From: Rhodospirillales bacterium
GTDB taxonomy: Bacteria > Pseudomonadota > Alphaproteobacteria > Rhodospirillales > UBA2165
Assembly (NCBI GenBank): GCA_012960465.1
Contig: DUBF01000148.1
Coordinates: 8,982 to 72,981 of the forward strand
Length of the DNA stretch: 64,000 nt
Reading direction: 5' to 3'
Shown: positions 10,455 to 19,465 of the stretch, in pieces
Layout of the letters: every line of letters begins with the position of its first letter
Position numbering within the stretch: the stretch's first letter is position 1
The notes under the pieces: generated by a model
The model's input: only the letters and a program-made list of their open reading frames with translations
The model's database searches: none
What the model was told of the DNA's origin: nothing
Made by a program: the position numbers and the translations under genes

Positions 10455-11762
10455 ATGTCGATGAACACTGACGTAGGCTCCTCGCTTGCGCTTAAGGGGC
10501 GAATTTTAACTTTTAATGATTCGCCCCATAATTATGACTATTGGGAATCTGGTTGTGTCTTAATTGAAGGTGGTTTTATCACTTCAGTTGGTGATGCGAG
10601 CTTAGTCGAAGTTCCAAATGATGTCCGTATCATCGATCATGGTGAAGATCTTATTTTGCCAGGCTTTGTTGACGGTCATGTGCATTACCCACAAATGAAT
10701 GTTATTGCATCGTTTGGTGCAAAACTAATTGATTGGCTTAATACCTTCACATTTCCCGAGGAAGCTAAATTCTCGGATAAATCTTATGCGTCTGCTGCAG
10801 CAAAGTTTTTTTTAAGTGAAGCGCTCAGAAACGGGTATACCACCAGCGCAGTATTTTGCACTGTCCACCCTCAGTCGGTTGAAGCGTTTTTCACTGAAGC
10901 GGAAAGACTGGGTCTTCGTATGATTGCCGGTAAAGTCCTAATGGATCGCCATGCTCCGAAAAGTTTGCTGGATACTGCTCAAACATCTTATGATCAATCC
11001 AAGGAATTAATTGACAAATGGCATAACAAGAATAGGGCACTTTATGCGATTACGCCACGATTTGCACCGACGTCAACACCTGAGCAACTTGAAGTTTCTG
11101 GCGCACTTTACAGAGAAAGCGAAGGCGTCTATGTACAGTCACATGTTTCTGAAAATGTTGATGAAATCTCTTGGGTTGCAGAGCTTTTCCCGCAAGCTAC
11201 TTCCTATTTAGACGTTTATAATGGATTTGACTTATTGGGTCCGCGTACACTTTATGGGCATGGAGTACATTTTTCTGACGCCGATATTGAAATGGTGAAG
11301 GATACGGATACATCAATTATCCACTGTCCAACATCAAATCTTTTTTTGGGTAGTGGCTTGTTTGAATTTCAGAAATTTAAAGATGTTGGCGCTCGGGTCG
11401 CATTAGGTACGGATGTCGGCGGAGGCACTTCACTGTCGCCATTTGCGACAATGAAGGCGGCCTACGAAATAGCTCAATTTCGCAACTATTCCTTAACACC
11501 GTTTGAGGCATTTTATCTGCTGACACTTGGCGGTGCAGAAGCGTTACATCTTGGGGATAAAATTGGTCGTATTGCGCCAGGATACGAGGCTGATTTAACT
11601 GTTGTTAATTTGACGTCCACTGAAATTATAAGTAACCGTATGAAACAATCTAATGAATTAGCTGAAATATTATTTTCGCAAATTATCATGGCCGATGACC
11701 GGGCTATTCGGACTACCTACGCTAACGGCAAGCAAGTTTACAAGAGTGACGAGGAAGCATAA
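10455..11762 (+). CDS. guaD: Guanine deaminase
   Basis: PGFVDGHVHYPQ, LIDWLNTFTFPEE, TPRFAPTS, HVSEN, HCPTSN and GTDVGGG amidohydrolase motifs. Confidence 0.95.
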   Translation: MSMNTDVGSSLALKGRILTFNDSPHNYDYWESGCVLIEGGFITSVGDASLVEVPNDVRIIDHGEDLILPGFVDGHVHYPQMNVIASFGAKLIDWLNTFTFPEEAKFSDKSYASAAAKFFLSEALRNGYTTSAVFCTVHPQSVEAFFTEAERLGLRMIAGKVLMDRHAPKSLLDTAQTSYDQSKELIDKWHNKNRALYAITPRFAPTSTPEQLEVSGALYRESEGVYVQSHVSENVDEISWVAELFPQATSYLDVYNGFDLLGPRTLYGHGVHFSDADIEMVKDTDTSIIHCPTSNLFLGSGLFEFQKFKDVGARVALGTDVGGGTSLSPFATMKAAYEIAQFRNYSLTPFEAFYLLTLGGAEALHLGDKIGRIAPGYEADLTVVNLTSTEIISNRMKQSNELAEILFSQIIMADDRAIRTTYANGKQVYKSDEEA

Positions 11763-12014
11763 TGCTTGAACCAGTGGGCTACTTTTTATGGAGGGACAGT
11801 ATGCTTGTTTCAATTTATTTATATTAGATTTTCTGAATATAATGTTTAAGTGATTGACGAACAAATTGTTTATTTTATAAAATTTTATTACAATTTTGTA
11901 TATAGTATTTTGAGGCTTTTTGTCATAACATTATTTGGTTTGATAAATTGTTTAATTAATAAGACAGGCATCATTTTGTGTTATTTTTAATGATATTTTA
12001 ACAGGAGGTATAGA

Positions 12015-13391
12015 ATGGCGGACCAATCATCAAAGGCGGATTTACAAAATCCGGATTATACACCACCACTCAGTCAGGCCATCCCATTAGGCATCCAACA
12101 TGTACTGGCGATGTTTGCTGGTAACGTGACAGTGCCGCTTTTAATTGCGTTTGCTGCGGGTGGCCCTCAGCTCATTTCTCCATTGGTGCAAATAGCGCTT
12201 GTGGCTGCTGGTGTGGCAACCCTTATTCAGACTATAGGAATAGGCCCAATTGGAGCTCGTCTTCCTGTTGTTCAAGGAACTAGTTTTGCTTATGTCGGTA
12301 TTTTGATTGGTGCTTTAAAAAGTGGAGCAACATTGGCAGCTGTTTTTGGCGCTTCTTTGATAGGTGGTTTATTCCAGATGATTTTGGGATTTTTCATTCC
12401 CCAGATACGTAAATATATTCCACCTTTAGTTTCGGGAGTTGTGGTGTTGACCATTGGGTTTACCCTACTTCCTGTCGGTATAAAATACTCTGCTGGTTGC
12501 GGAGCATTTCCTAACCCAGCATCATGGTGTCAAGGCGGATTTGGGAGCCTTTCGAATTGGGGAATGGCTTTATTTGTCATCATAGTAACGCTCCTTATGC
12601 GTACTCAAATGAAAGGAATTTGGTCTGCTGCTTCCATATTTTTTGGTTTGGTAGTGGGCTACGTTGTAGCTATTCCATTTGGAATGGTTAATGCTGGGAA
12701 AATCGCCGCAATAGGAAAGGCCGATTGGTTTGGAATGCCGGGTCAATATTTATTTACCCTAGATTTTACAAGTCCGGCTGCCATTAGTTTGATTGGCCTG
12801 ATGATTATTATGGCATTTATCACTACAATTGAAACCGTTGGTGATATTTCAGGAATCACAATGGGTGGTGCAGACCGAGAGCCGACAGACGCTGAACTTA
12901 AAGGTGGTATAATGGCTGATGGTCTAGGGTCTGCTGTTGTCTCATTGTTTGGTGGCCTACCTAATACATCTTATAGTCAAAACGTCGGTTTGGTTTCATA
13001 TACCAAAGTGATGAGCCGCCATGTGGTTACTATTGGTGCTATATTCTTAATATTGGCCGGTCTGGTGCCAAAATTAGGCGCTTTAGTTGCTGCTATGCCA
13101 TCCCCAGTTCTTGGTGGTGCATCTGTTGTCATGTTTGGAATGATTGCGGCGGCGGGGATGAAGCTTGTAGGGCAGTCAGGTTTTAGTGCTAAAAACATGG
13201 TTATAGTGGCAATCTCTCTCGGCCTTGGACTGGGTATTTGGCAAGTCAATCAACTTGCTGGTTTGGCGAAGTATGGCCCTATTCCTTCTGCAAATTTTGC
13301 AGATTGGACGATACCATTATTAGTATCAGGTATCGTAGTTTCAGGATTAACAGCTGCTATACTAAATTTAGTCATGCCGGATGATGATTAA
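12015..13391 (+). CDS. NCS2 (xanthine/uracil/urate) permease
   Basis: GIQHVLAMF, VQGTSFAY, ETVGD and the NAT signature SYSQNVG; GGAGG RBS. Confidence 0.93.
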   Translation: MADQSSKADLQNPDYTPPLSQAIPLGIQHVLAMFAGNVTVPLLIAFAAGGPQLISPLVQIALVAAGVATLIQTIGIGPIGARLPVVQGTSFAYVGILIGALKSGATLAAVFGASLIGGLFQMILGFFIPQIRKYIPPLVSGVVVLTIGFTLLPVGIKYSAGCGAFPNPASWCQGGFGSLSNWGMALFVIIVTLLMRTQMKGIWSAASIFFGLVVGYVVAIPFGMVNAGKIAAIGKADWFGMPGQYLFTLDFTSPAAISLIGLMIIMAFITTIETVGDISGITMGGADREPTDAELKGGIMADGLGSAVVSLFGGLPNTSYSQNVGLVSYTKVMSRHVVTIGAIFLILAGLVPKLGALVAAMPSPVLGGASVVMFGMIAAAGMKLVGQSGFSAKNMVIVAISLGLGLGIWQVNQLAGLAKYGPIPSANFADWTIPLLVSGIVVSGLTAAILNLVMPDDD

Positions 13392-13423
13392 TATTCGTAA
13401 ATAAACTTAAATATTAGGTGATG

Positions 13424-13462
13424 AAAACCCCCAGTCACAATATTTGGCTGAGGGTTTTTTTT
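13424..13462. terminator. Bidirectional rho-independent terminator
   Basis: AAAACCC-C-CAGTCA loop TGGCTG-A-GGGTTTTTTTT between the convergent NCS2 and ubiX genes. Confidence 0.8.
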
Positions 13463-13482
13463 AAAGCAGTGATCGGCTCAAT

Positions 13483-14061
13483 TTATCTTTGTGGCTGCTT
13501 CATTTTACCATCCCACCGTGGTACGGTATCAACCGTAATATTGAACTGATCAAGTACACGCATAACGATGTGGTCTACCATGGCCTCTATCTTTTTAGGA
13601 TGATTATAAAAAGCCATCATCGGTGGCGCGATGCTAACGCCCATGCGCGCGAGTTTCAGCATGTTTTCCAGATGAATTTGATTGAGTGGTGTTTCACGAG
13701 CCACTAATACCAGCTTTCGCTGTTCTTTGATGATTACATCTGCGGCACGGTGGATCAGATGGGTGCCCTGTCCACTTGAGATAGAGGCAAGGCTTGCCAT
13801 TGAACACGGAATTACAACCATACCTTCTGTGCGGAATGAGCCTGAAGAAACGGCAGCTCCCATATCTCCAGGACCATAATAGACATCAGCCATTGCTGTA
13901 ACTTGGTCGTAGGTATAACTGGTCTCATGTTCGAGTGTCTGTTGCCCCCACTTGCTGATAATTAAATGTGTTTCAACGTTGGTTCCATTCAATATTTCCA
14001 GTAGTCGAACGCCTAGAATTGAACCTGTTGATCCGGTTATACCAATAATAATTTTTTTCAT
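13483..14061 (-). CDS. ubiX: Flavin prenyltransferase
   Basis: IIIGITGSTG, SSGSF, PCSM, RAADV..KE.RKL and RETP motifs; ATG at 14061. Confidence 0.92.
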   Translation of the reverse strand: MKKIIIGITGSTGSILGVRLLEILNGTNVETHLIISKWGQQTLEHETSYTYDQVTAMADVYYGPGDMGAAVSSGSFRTEGMVVIPCSMASLASISSGQGTHLIHRAADVIIKEQRKLVLVARETPLNQIHLENMLKLARMGVSIAPPMMAFYNHPKKIEAMVDHIVMRVLDQFNITVDTVPRWDGKMKQPQR

Positions 14062-14077
14062 AAAAATACCATAAATT

Positions 14078-15061
14078 TTAAACTCTTGCGCCTTTTCCTC
14101 CGGCACTCGGTTTGGTTGTGGTTTTGGATCCCTCAAAATTCATGCCGAATTTTTCCGGAGGGTTGGGACCCCACAAATAGAAACCAACATCCATAGGCCA
14201 ATCTCTCGGTGTCCAGGCTGCGTCATCGGCGATGTAATCCATATCTGCAAAATATTCACATAGACCTTCATGTGGGTCGCGTATATACCAAAAGAAGTTG
14301 GATCCCAAGGCATGACGGCCTAGTCCCCAGCCATTACGGTAGCCTTTCTCAAGCATTCCTTGACCACCAAGGCCTACATGGTCAATGTTATCAACCTCAA
14401 AGCTTGCATGATGAAAACCGGTTCTATCAGTTTGAAGGAAGCCAACGGTATGGTGGTCGCTTCCACCAGGTGGTCGTAAAAAGGCAATTAAACCTTCACT
14501 GGAGTCTGTTAATATTAGGCCCATTACATTTGTATAAAAGGCTATTTTTTTTTCAAGGCTTGTCGTAAATTCCACCATGTGACCAAGCCTATGTGGTTCA
14601 GGCTTTGTCTCATATGAAATACTGCCCTTTTTATTTACACGGTCATAATGACCTGGACCATTCGCCTGAAAGGCTTCGTGAGGGATTGAGGGTGTTAAAC
14701 CACCCTTGGAAGGAGCGGGATCGCTGATATTAACGTTATAAATATCCCCTTCAAAATCCTCAAACCAGATGCCGTCGTATGGCACATCTTTTGGGCAGTC
14801 TATTTCTTTGGCAAGATTACTTTTATCAATATTACTCTTAATAGTTATCAATCCTTCTTCATCAGCACCGTAAGAGAGGTGATGAAGTTTGCGCTCAGAA
14901 CCCTCGGTTAAAACAATTTGATCTTGTTCGCGACCAACACAACGCATGATTGCCCGGTTTTCAATTTCTTCACCGATCAGTCCAAAATCTTCATAGAATT
15001 TTTGCTGTACCGGAACATCTGGAATAATGAGGCCCATATGATGAAAATGTTTTACACTCAT
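14078..15061 (-). CDS. VOC-superfamily extradiol (catechol 2,3-type) dioxygenase-like protein
   Basis: Two-domain VOC with RLGHMV, DHH, GFHHASFEV and GLGRH..GSNFFWYIRDP....EY (His/His/Glu metal triad). Confidence 0.82.
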   Translation of the reverse strand: MSVKHFHHMGLIIPDVPVQQKFYEDFGLIGEEIENRAIMRCVGREQDQIVLTEGSERKLHHLSYGADEEGLITIKSNIDKSNLAKEIDCPKDVPYDGIWFEDFEGDIYNVNISDPAPSKGGLTPSIPHEAFQANGPGHYDRVNKKGSISYETKPEPHRLGHMVEFTTSLEKKIAFYTNVMGLILTDSSEGLIAFLRPPGGSDHHTVGFLQTDRTGFHHASFEVDNIDHVGLGGQGMLEKGYRNGWGLGRHALGSNFFWYIRDPHEGLCEYFADMDYIADDAAWTPRDWPMDVGFYLWGPNPPEKFGMNFEGSKTTTKPSAGGKGARV

Positions 15062-15326
15062 TCTAATTCTGTCCTCGCATTATAGTTCAATTTAAATCAA
15101 GACGATCAGCAACATTACGAATTTCTGAAAGTAGCGGATTTCTGTGTTTGCTGACAATCCCTTTATTTTTTATCACTTTTCCTAAGTTAACTAAATAATT
15201 TTTATAAAATATGGCTGAGTCGATTATTTTATATGACCTGAATAGATAATGTGCAAAATTTATCGTCTCTCAGAAATAAGTTAATTTAAGGGAGACCTAT
15301 TTTTGTATTAAGCGGCCTAATACAGA

Positions 15327-15356
15327 TTGACTTTCTTACGACATACGTTTAACGAT
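15327..15356 (+). promoter_or_regulatory. Putative sigma70 promoter for the riboswitch-cbtBA transcript
   Basis: TTGACT, 17-18 bp spacer, then TAACGA or AACGAT immediately upstream of the riboswitch. Confidence 0.35.
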
Positions 15357-15357
15357 A

Positions 15358-15500
15358 GGTGAGATGGTTTACTTCAATATCAAGTGAAAAAAGGGAATAA
15401 GGTTCACTAGTTTACGAGAAAGTAATTCCTTAGCTGCCCCCGCAACTGTGAGCATTTCGCGAGCCAGACACTGCCATCACAAATGAACACGGAGGGTGAT
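15358..15500 (+). ncRNA. Cobalamin riboswitch (compact form)
   Basis: GGT-P2-AAAAGGGAA, AAGG...CCTT (P4), GCTGCCCCCGCAACTGT and the B12 box GAGCCAGACACTGCC; P1 GATGGT/GCCATC; directly upstream of cbtBA. Confidence 0.93.
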
Positions 15501-15686
15501 ATGAGTGAAACGAAAACTTTACAGAAAACCGCTAAAATAAATACTTTATCCGATAGATTGGTAGTGGCTTTATTGGGCGGCTTAATGGGTACATTTATTT
15601 TGCTAGGTGTTGGCTTCGCCAGTGCGAACCTGATCCACAATGCTACACATGATGCCCGGCATGTTAATTCCTTTCCCTGTCATTAG
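15501..15686 (+). CDS. cbtB: Cobalt transporter subunit CbtB
   Basis: Single TM helix and C-terminal HNATHDARH..FPCH; GGAGG RBS before ATG 15501. Confidence 0.9.
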   Translation: MSETKTLQKTAKINTLSDRLVVALLGGLMGTFILLGVGFASANLIHNATHDARHVNSFPCH

Positions 15687-15695
15687 GTCAAACTA

Positions 15696-16577
15696 ATGTT
15701 GCAACGTTTACTCCTTACGGGGCTATTGTCCGGGGCTATTGCTGGTATCGTACTGACAATAGCACATTTGACTTTAGTGCAACCGCTTATTGTAAAAGCT
15801 GAAATTTTTGAAAAGAGTTTGAATGCGCCTGCGGTGAACGTTAGGCATGTTCACCAGGCGGGGTTCGCTCATATTCATGAGGGTGGAAACGTTCCGCATC
15901 TTCATAAAAAAAATTTCCATATCCATGCTGAAGGCACCGCACATGTTCATCCGAATACGAAAAAGGGACACACTCACGCGGAGCAAATAAAGACGGTTAA
16001 ACAGGACCATGGTGTGCATTCGCATATTGAAAATGTGTGGTCGCCTCAAGATGGCATTGAACGCTCGTTATACACGTTGGCTGCAAATATTTTAACGGCC
16101 ATTGCTTTTGGTCTGTTGTTAGTATCTGGTTATACCGTGTACGGTGGTTCGGTGACGCTCCTTCAAGGTTTTTTCTGGGGTGTTGCTGGTTTTTCTTGCT
16201 TCACATTTTTGCCAGGATTAGGGCTACCCCCTGAATTGCCAGCTTCAGTTTCTGGCGATTTATTAGCTCGTCAAATTTGGTGGCTCGGAACGGCTGCATT
16301 GAGTGTTGCTGGCCTGTCATTTCTCGTTTTTGGTTACTCAAATGCCTGGCGGGCAGTTGGCCTTCTTTTATTAATCATTCCACACGCCATAGGAGCGCCC
16401 CACCCAGTCGCAGGTGCAGTTGGGGCCTCCCCACCTGAATTAGCGGCGCATTTTGTTATGGTCTCCTTATTTGCATCAGCTATCATGTGGTCAGTTTTAG
16501 GTGTTGCGGCGGCTTTTTTGTTTGATAGATTTTTGGTTGAGGATCCAACAAGCTATTCAAGGACTTCTGCAAATTAA
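15696..16577 (+). CDS. cbtA: Cobalt transporter subunit CbtA with a long His-rich insertion
   Basis: PLI..AE.FE, W.P.DG.ER, PGLGLPPELP, RQIWW and PHAIGAP motifs. Confidence 0.9.
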   Translation: MLQRLLLTGLLSGAIAGIVLTIAHLTLVQPLIVKAEIFEKSLNAPAVNVRHVHQAGFAHIHEGGNVPHLHKKNFHIHAEGTAHVHPNTKKGHTHAEQIKTVKQDHGVHSHIENVWSPQDGIERSLYTLAANILTAIAFGLLLVSGYTVYGGSVTLLQGFFWGVAGFSCFTFLPGLGLPPELPASVSGDLLARQIWWLGTAALSVAGLSFLVFGYSNAWRAVGLLLLIIPHAIGAPHPVAGAVGASPPELAAHFVMVSLFASAIMWSVLGVAAAFLFDRFLVEDPTSYSRTSAN

Positions 16578-16859
16578 CAGTTAGAAATTAGATGAAATCA
16601 AAAAACTAGAGGATTTTATCAAGTTTGTGACAGACACTGAACCTATGTTAAGGCAGAGGCTTTTAAGATACATATCTGGCGTTTTGATACCCAAAAAAAC
16701 ATGTACACCGGCGCAGATGACTAAAGAATGTGCTTGTGCTTATACCAGGCTGCGATATAGGTCTGTTTTTAGCTCAATCAACAGGATCATTACTGACACA
16801 TCCCCTTTATGAGAGATTAATTTGATTGTGATTTTGTCACCTAAGAAACTCTAAAATAA

Positions 16860-17882
16860 TTAACTTTTTTTTGTTACAGTAGCTTCCTCGAAGGTCGCCA
16901 TACCATTATGGCAGGCAACTGCGCTACGCAAAATTCCGACAGCTAAAGCTGCTCCTGACCCCTCACCAAGCCGCATACCGAAATCAAACAATGGTATTTT
17001 ATTAATTTTTTCAAGGAGATGTCGATGGCCGGGCTCGGCTGAGACATGTGCTACCATACAATGATCTAATGCATAAGCATCTAATGAATGTAATGTGGCG
17101 GCCGCGGCACAAGTAACATACCCATCTAACAAAACAGGTATTCGCGAAAGGCGTGCAGCTATAATAGCACCGCATATTGCGGCCATTTCGCGGCCACCCA
17201 GGCAACGCAATATTTCAAGGCCATCTACTAGAACGGCCTTATGCAGTATAACGCTTTCTCTTACGATTCTTATTTTATTATCGAGCTCTTTACCTTCTAT
17301 GCCAGTACCAGGTCCGACCCAATCAGCAGCTTCGCCGCCATAAAGTGCATGGCAAATTGCTGCTGAGGCAGTTGTATTACCTATACCCATTTCTCCGATA
17401 CATAGAACATCTACTCCCACATCTGGACCGGACATTCCAAAAGCTACAGCTTCGGCGCAATCTCCATCATCCATCGCCGGTTCTCGAGAGAAGTCACGGG
17501 TTGGGATTTCAAGAGCTGCTTCCATCACCTTGAGCTCGATATCAAAAACTTTACAAATTTGATTTATGGCAGCTCCCCCATTTTGGAAATTTGATATCAT
17601 TTGTTGATTTACTTCTGGTGGAAAAGCAGAAACATTTTGTGACGTTATACCATGCGAGCCGGCAAAAATAATGGTTCTTGGTAAATTAATTTGTGCGGGA
17701 TGTTTACCTTGCCATCCAGCCAACCATTCAGCTATTTCTTCTAGTCGCCCCAGGGAGCCTTTTGGTTTGGTGAGTTGAGGTTCTCGTAATCGGGCTGCTG
17801 CCATGGCTTCCTCATCTGGTCCCGGGAAACTTTGAGTTAATTCTCTAATTGCATCTAACGTTGTGACAGGGTTTTTTTCCAT
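16860..17882 (-). CDS. cobT: Nicotinate-nucleotide--dimethylbenzimidazole phosphoribosyltransferase
   Basis: LTKPKGSLGRLE, GGAAIN, GEMGIGNTT, GPGTG and MRLGEGSGA motifs. Confidence 0.95.
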   Translation of the reverse strand: MEKNPVTTLDAIRELTQSFPGPDEEAMAAARLREPQLTKPKGSLGRLEEIAEWLAGWQGKHPAQINLPRTIIFAGSHGITSQNVSAFPPEVNQQMISNFQNGGAAINQICKVFDIELKVMEAALEIPTRDFSREPAMDDGDCAEAVAFGMSGPDVGVDVLCIGEMGIGNTTASAAICHALYGGEAADWVGPGTGIEGKELDNKIRIVRESVILHKAVLVDGLEILRCLGGREMAAICGAIIAARLSRIPVLLDGYVTCAAAATLHSLDAYALDHCMVAHVSAEPGHRHLLEKINKIPLFDFGMRLGEGSGAALAVGILRSAVACHNGMATFEEATVTKKS

Positions 17883-17993
17883 TACGTATTTCCGTCGTAT
17901 TTAGAAATTGTTTGAGTATATTAAACTAGAATCATAACGTGTCATATAACGCGGATAGGATGTGCGAAAGCAATTTTTTTTAAGGGGCTTACT

Positions 17994-18887
17994 TTGGCTA
18001 AAAAAAAAGAAAATACTGATAATCAAGATGATCGTGATGTAAGTGTATCGCAAGAAAAAATTCTTGACGAAGAATTAGCAGATAATTCTGATTTAATAGG
18101 GCGAATAAAATATAACGTAAACAAACAGGGCTGGTTTTCGGATCTAAAAATCTGTTTTTGCGTATTAACACGACTGCCTGTGTACATAGGTATCTCGCCC
18201 GAAGATTTCTCTATTTCTAACGCATCTAGGTTTTTCCCTATTGTTGGGGCTTTTATCGGTTTATTAGCATCTGTAGTTTTATGGATTGGCAGTTGGTTTG
18301 GGTTTTCACCGAATCTGCTGGCATTATTTGCTTTACTTACAATCACGCTTGTAACTGGAGCACTGCATGAGGATGGATTGGCGGATACGTTTGATGGTCT
18401 TGGTGGTGGGATAACGCGAGATCAGAAACTAAAAATTATGCGCGATAGTCAAATAGGAAGCTATGGTGTAATGGCCTTGCTTTTTAGTTTTGGTTTACGC
18501 TGGGCTGCATATGCCGAAATAACTGAACTAGGGTTTAGTATTATATTGTCTGCGTTAATTGCTACTGCAGCTGGTTCGCGTGCGGCTTTACCAGTCATTA
18601 TGCATTTAATTCCGGTTGCTCGTGAGGATGGTTTGAGTGCTAGTGCTGGCAAGCCGAGCCTTGATCGTGCCATTACAGCTTTATTAATTGGTATAGGTTG
18701 TCTGCTGTTTTTATTAGGCTTTAGAGTTAGTATCGTCGCTTTGGGTATGTCCATCTTGGTTGCTAGCCTTTTCGTCTATTTTGTAGCAACCCGCATAGGA
18801 GGTCAAACTGGCGATGTTTTAGGTGCAGCTCAACAGATAACCGAGATAACAATATTATTGGCAATTATTATGGTAGGTATGGAATGA
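17994..18887 (+). CDS. cobS: Adenosylcobinamide-GDP ribazoletransferase (cobalamin synthase)
   Basis: LTRLP, TGALHEDGLADTFDG, IMRDSQIGSYG and GGQTGDVLGA motifs; start uncertain. Confidence 0.93.
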   Translation: MAKKKENTDNQDDRDVSVSQEKILDEELADNSDLIGRIKYNVNKQGWFSDLKICFCVLTRLPVYIGISPEDFSISNASRFFPIVGAFIGLLASVVLWIGSWFGFSPNLLALFALLTITLVTGALHEDGLADTFDGLGGGITRDQKLKIMRDSQIGSYGVMALLFSFGLRWAAYAEITELGFSIILSALIATAAGSRAALPVIMHLIPVAREDGLSASAGKPSLDRAITALLIGIGCLLFLLGFRVSIVALGMSILVASLFVYFVATRIGGQTGDVLGAAQQITEITILLAIIMVGME

Positions 18888-19465
18888 CTTCAACGCGTTG
18901 GTGGTGGGTGCGTCACGCCCCCTCTGCGGGGCTACCTGGGATCATTCATGGTCAAGATGATGTTGATGCTGACCTTACTGACCACACGGCAATTGAGGAC
19001 CGTATAGCTATGTTGCCAAAAGACGCAGTTTGGTTGACGAGTGGATTGCCTAGAACTGTGCAAACAGCAGTAGCGCTAGGGGCAGCCAACTGTCGAATAG
19101 TAACGGAGTTAATGGAGCAAGATTTTGGCGATTGGAATGGCAAAAGTTGGAGCGATCTTAGAGATAATCAAACTCGAAATTTCTGGATGAATTTTGCAAC
19201 CGAGGCACCGCCTGGCGGCGAGAGTTTTGTGCATATGATGGACAGAGTTTCGCATACCATAGCAGAACTATCTTTGGAATACGAAGGTCGAGATATCATA
19301 GCAGTCGCACATGCTGGTACAATTCGTGCAGCCTTAACAATGGCATTGAATTTATTCGCAAAATCAGCTTTAACCTTTCAATTGGATAATTTATCAATTA
19401 CCGAGATTGAGAATATTCCCGGTGGCGACTTGAGAGCTTGGTGTGTTCACGGAATTAATCGCTAA
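18884..19465 (+). CDS. cobC: Histidine phosphatase, probable alpha-ribazole-5'-phosphate / adenosylcobalamin phosphatase
   Basis: VRHA, EQDFGDWNG, PPGGES and AHAGTI motifs; translationally coupled to cobS. Confidence 0.78.
   Translation: MTSTRWWWVRHAPSAGLPGIIHGQDDVDADLTDHTAIEDRIAMLPKDAVWLTSGLPRTVQTAVALGAANCRIVTELMEQDFGDWNGKSWSDLRDNQTRNFWMNFATEAPPGGESFVHMMDRVSHTIAELSLEYEGRDIIAVAHAGTIRAALTMALNLFAKSALTFQLDNLSITEIENIPGGDLRAWCVHGINR

Noticed and set aside
11763-12014. AT-rich spacer upstream of the NCS2 permease, checked for a purine riboswitch and a sigma54 promoter
   Set aside because: No purine aptamer core is recognisable and the GG-N10-GC spacing is not met; the short palindromes are expected in AT-rich DNA
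14062-14136. Longer ubiX start overlapping the VOC gene
   Set aside because: UbiX homology begins at MKKIIIG (ATG 14061)
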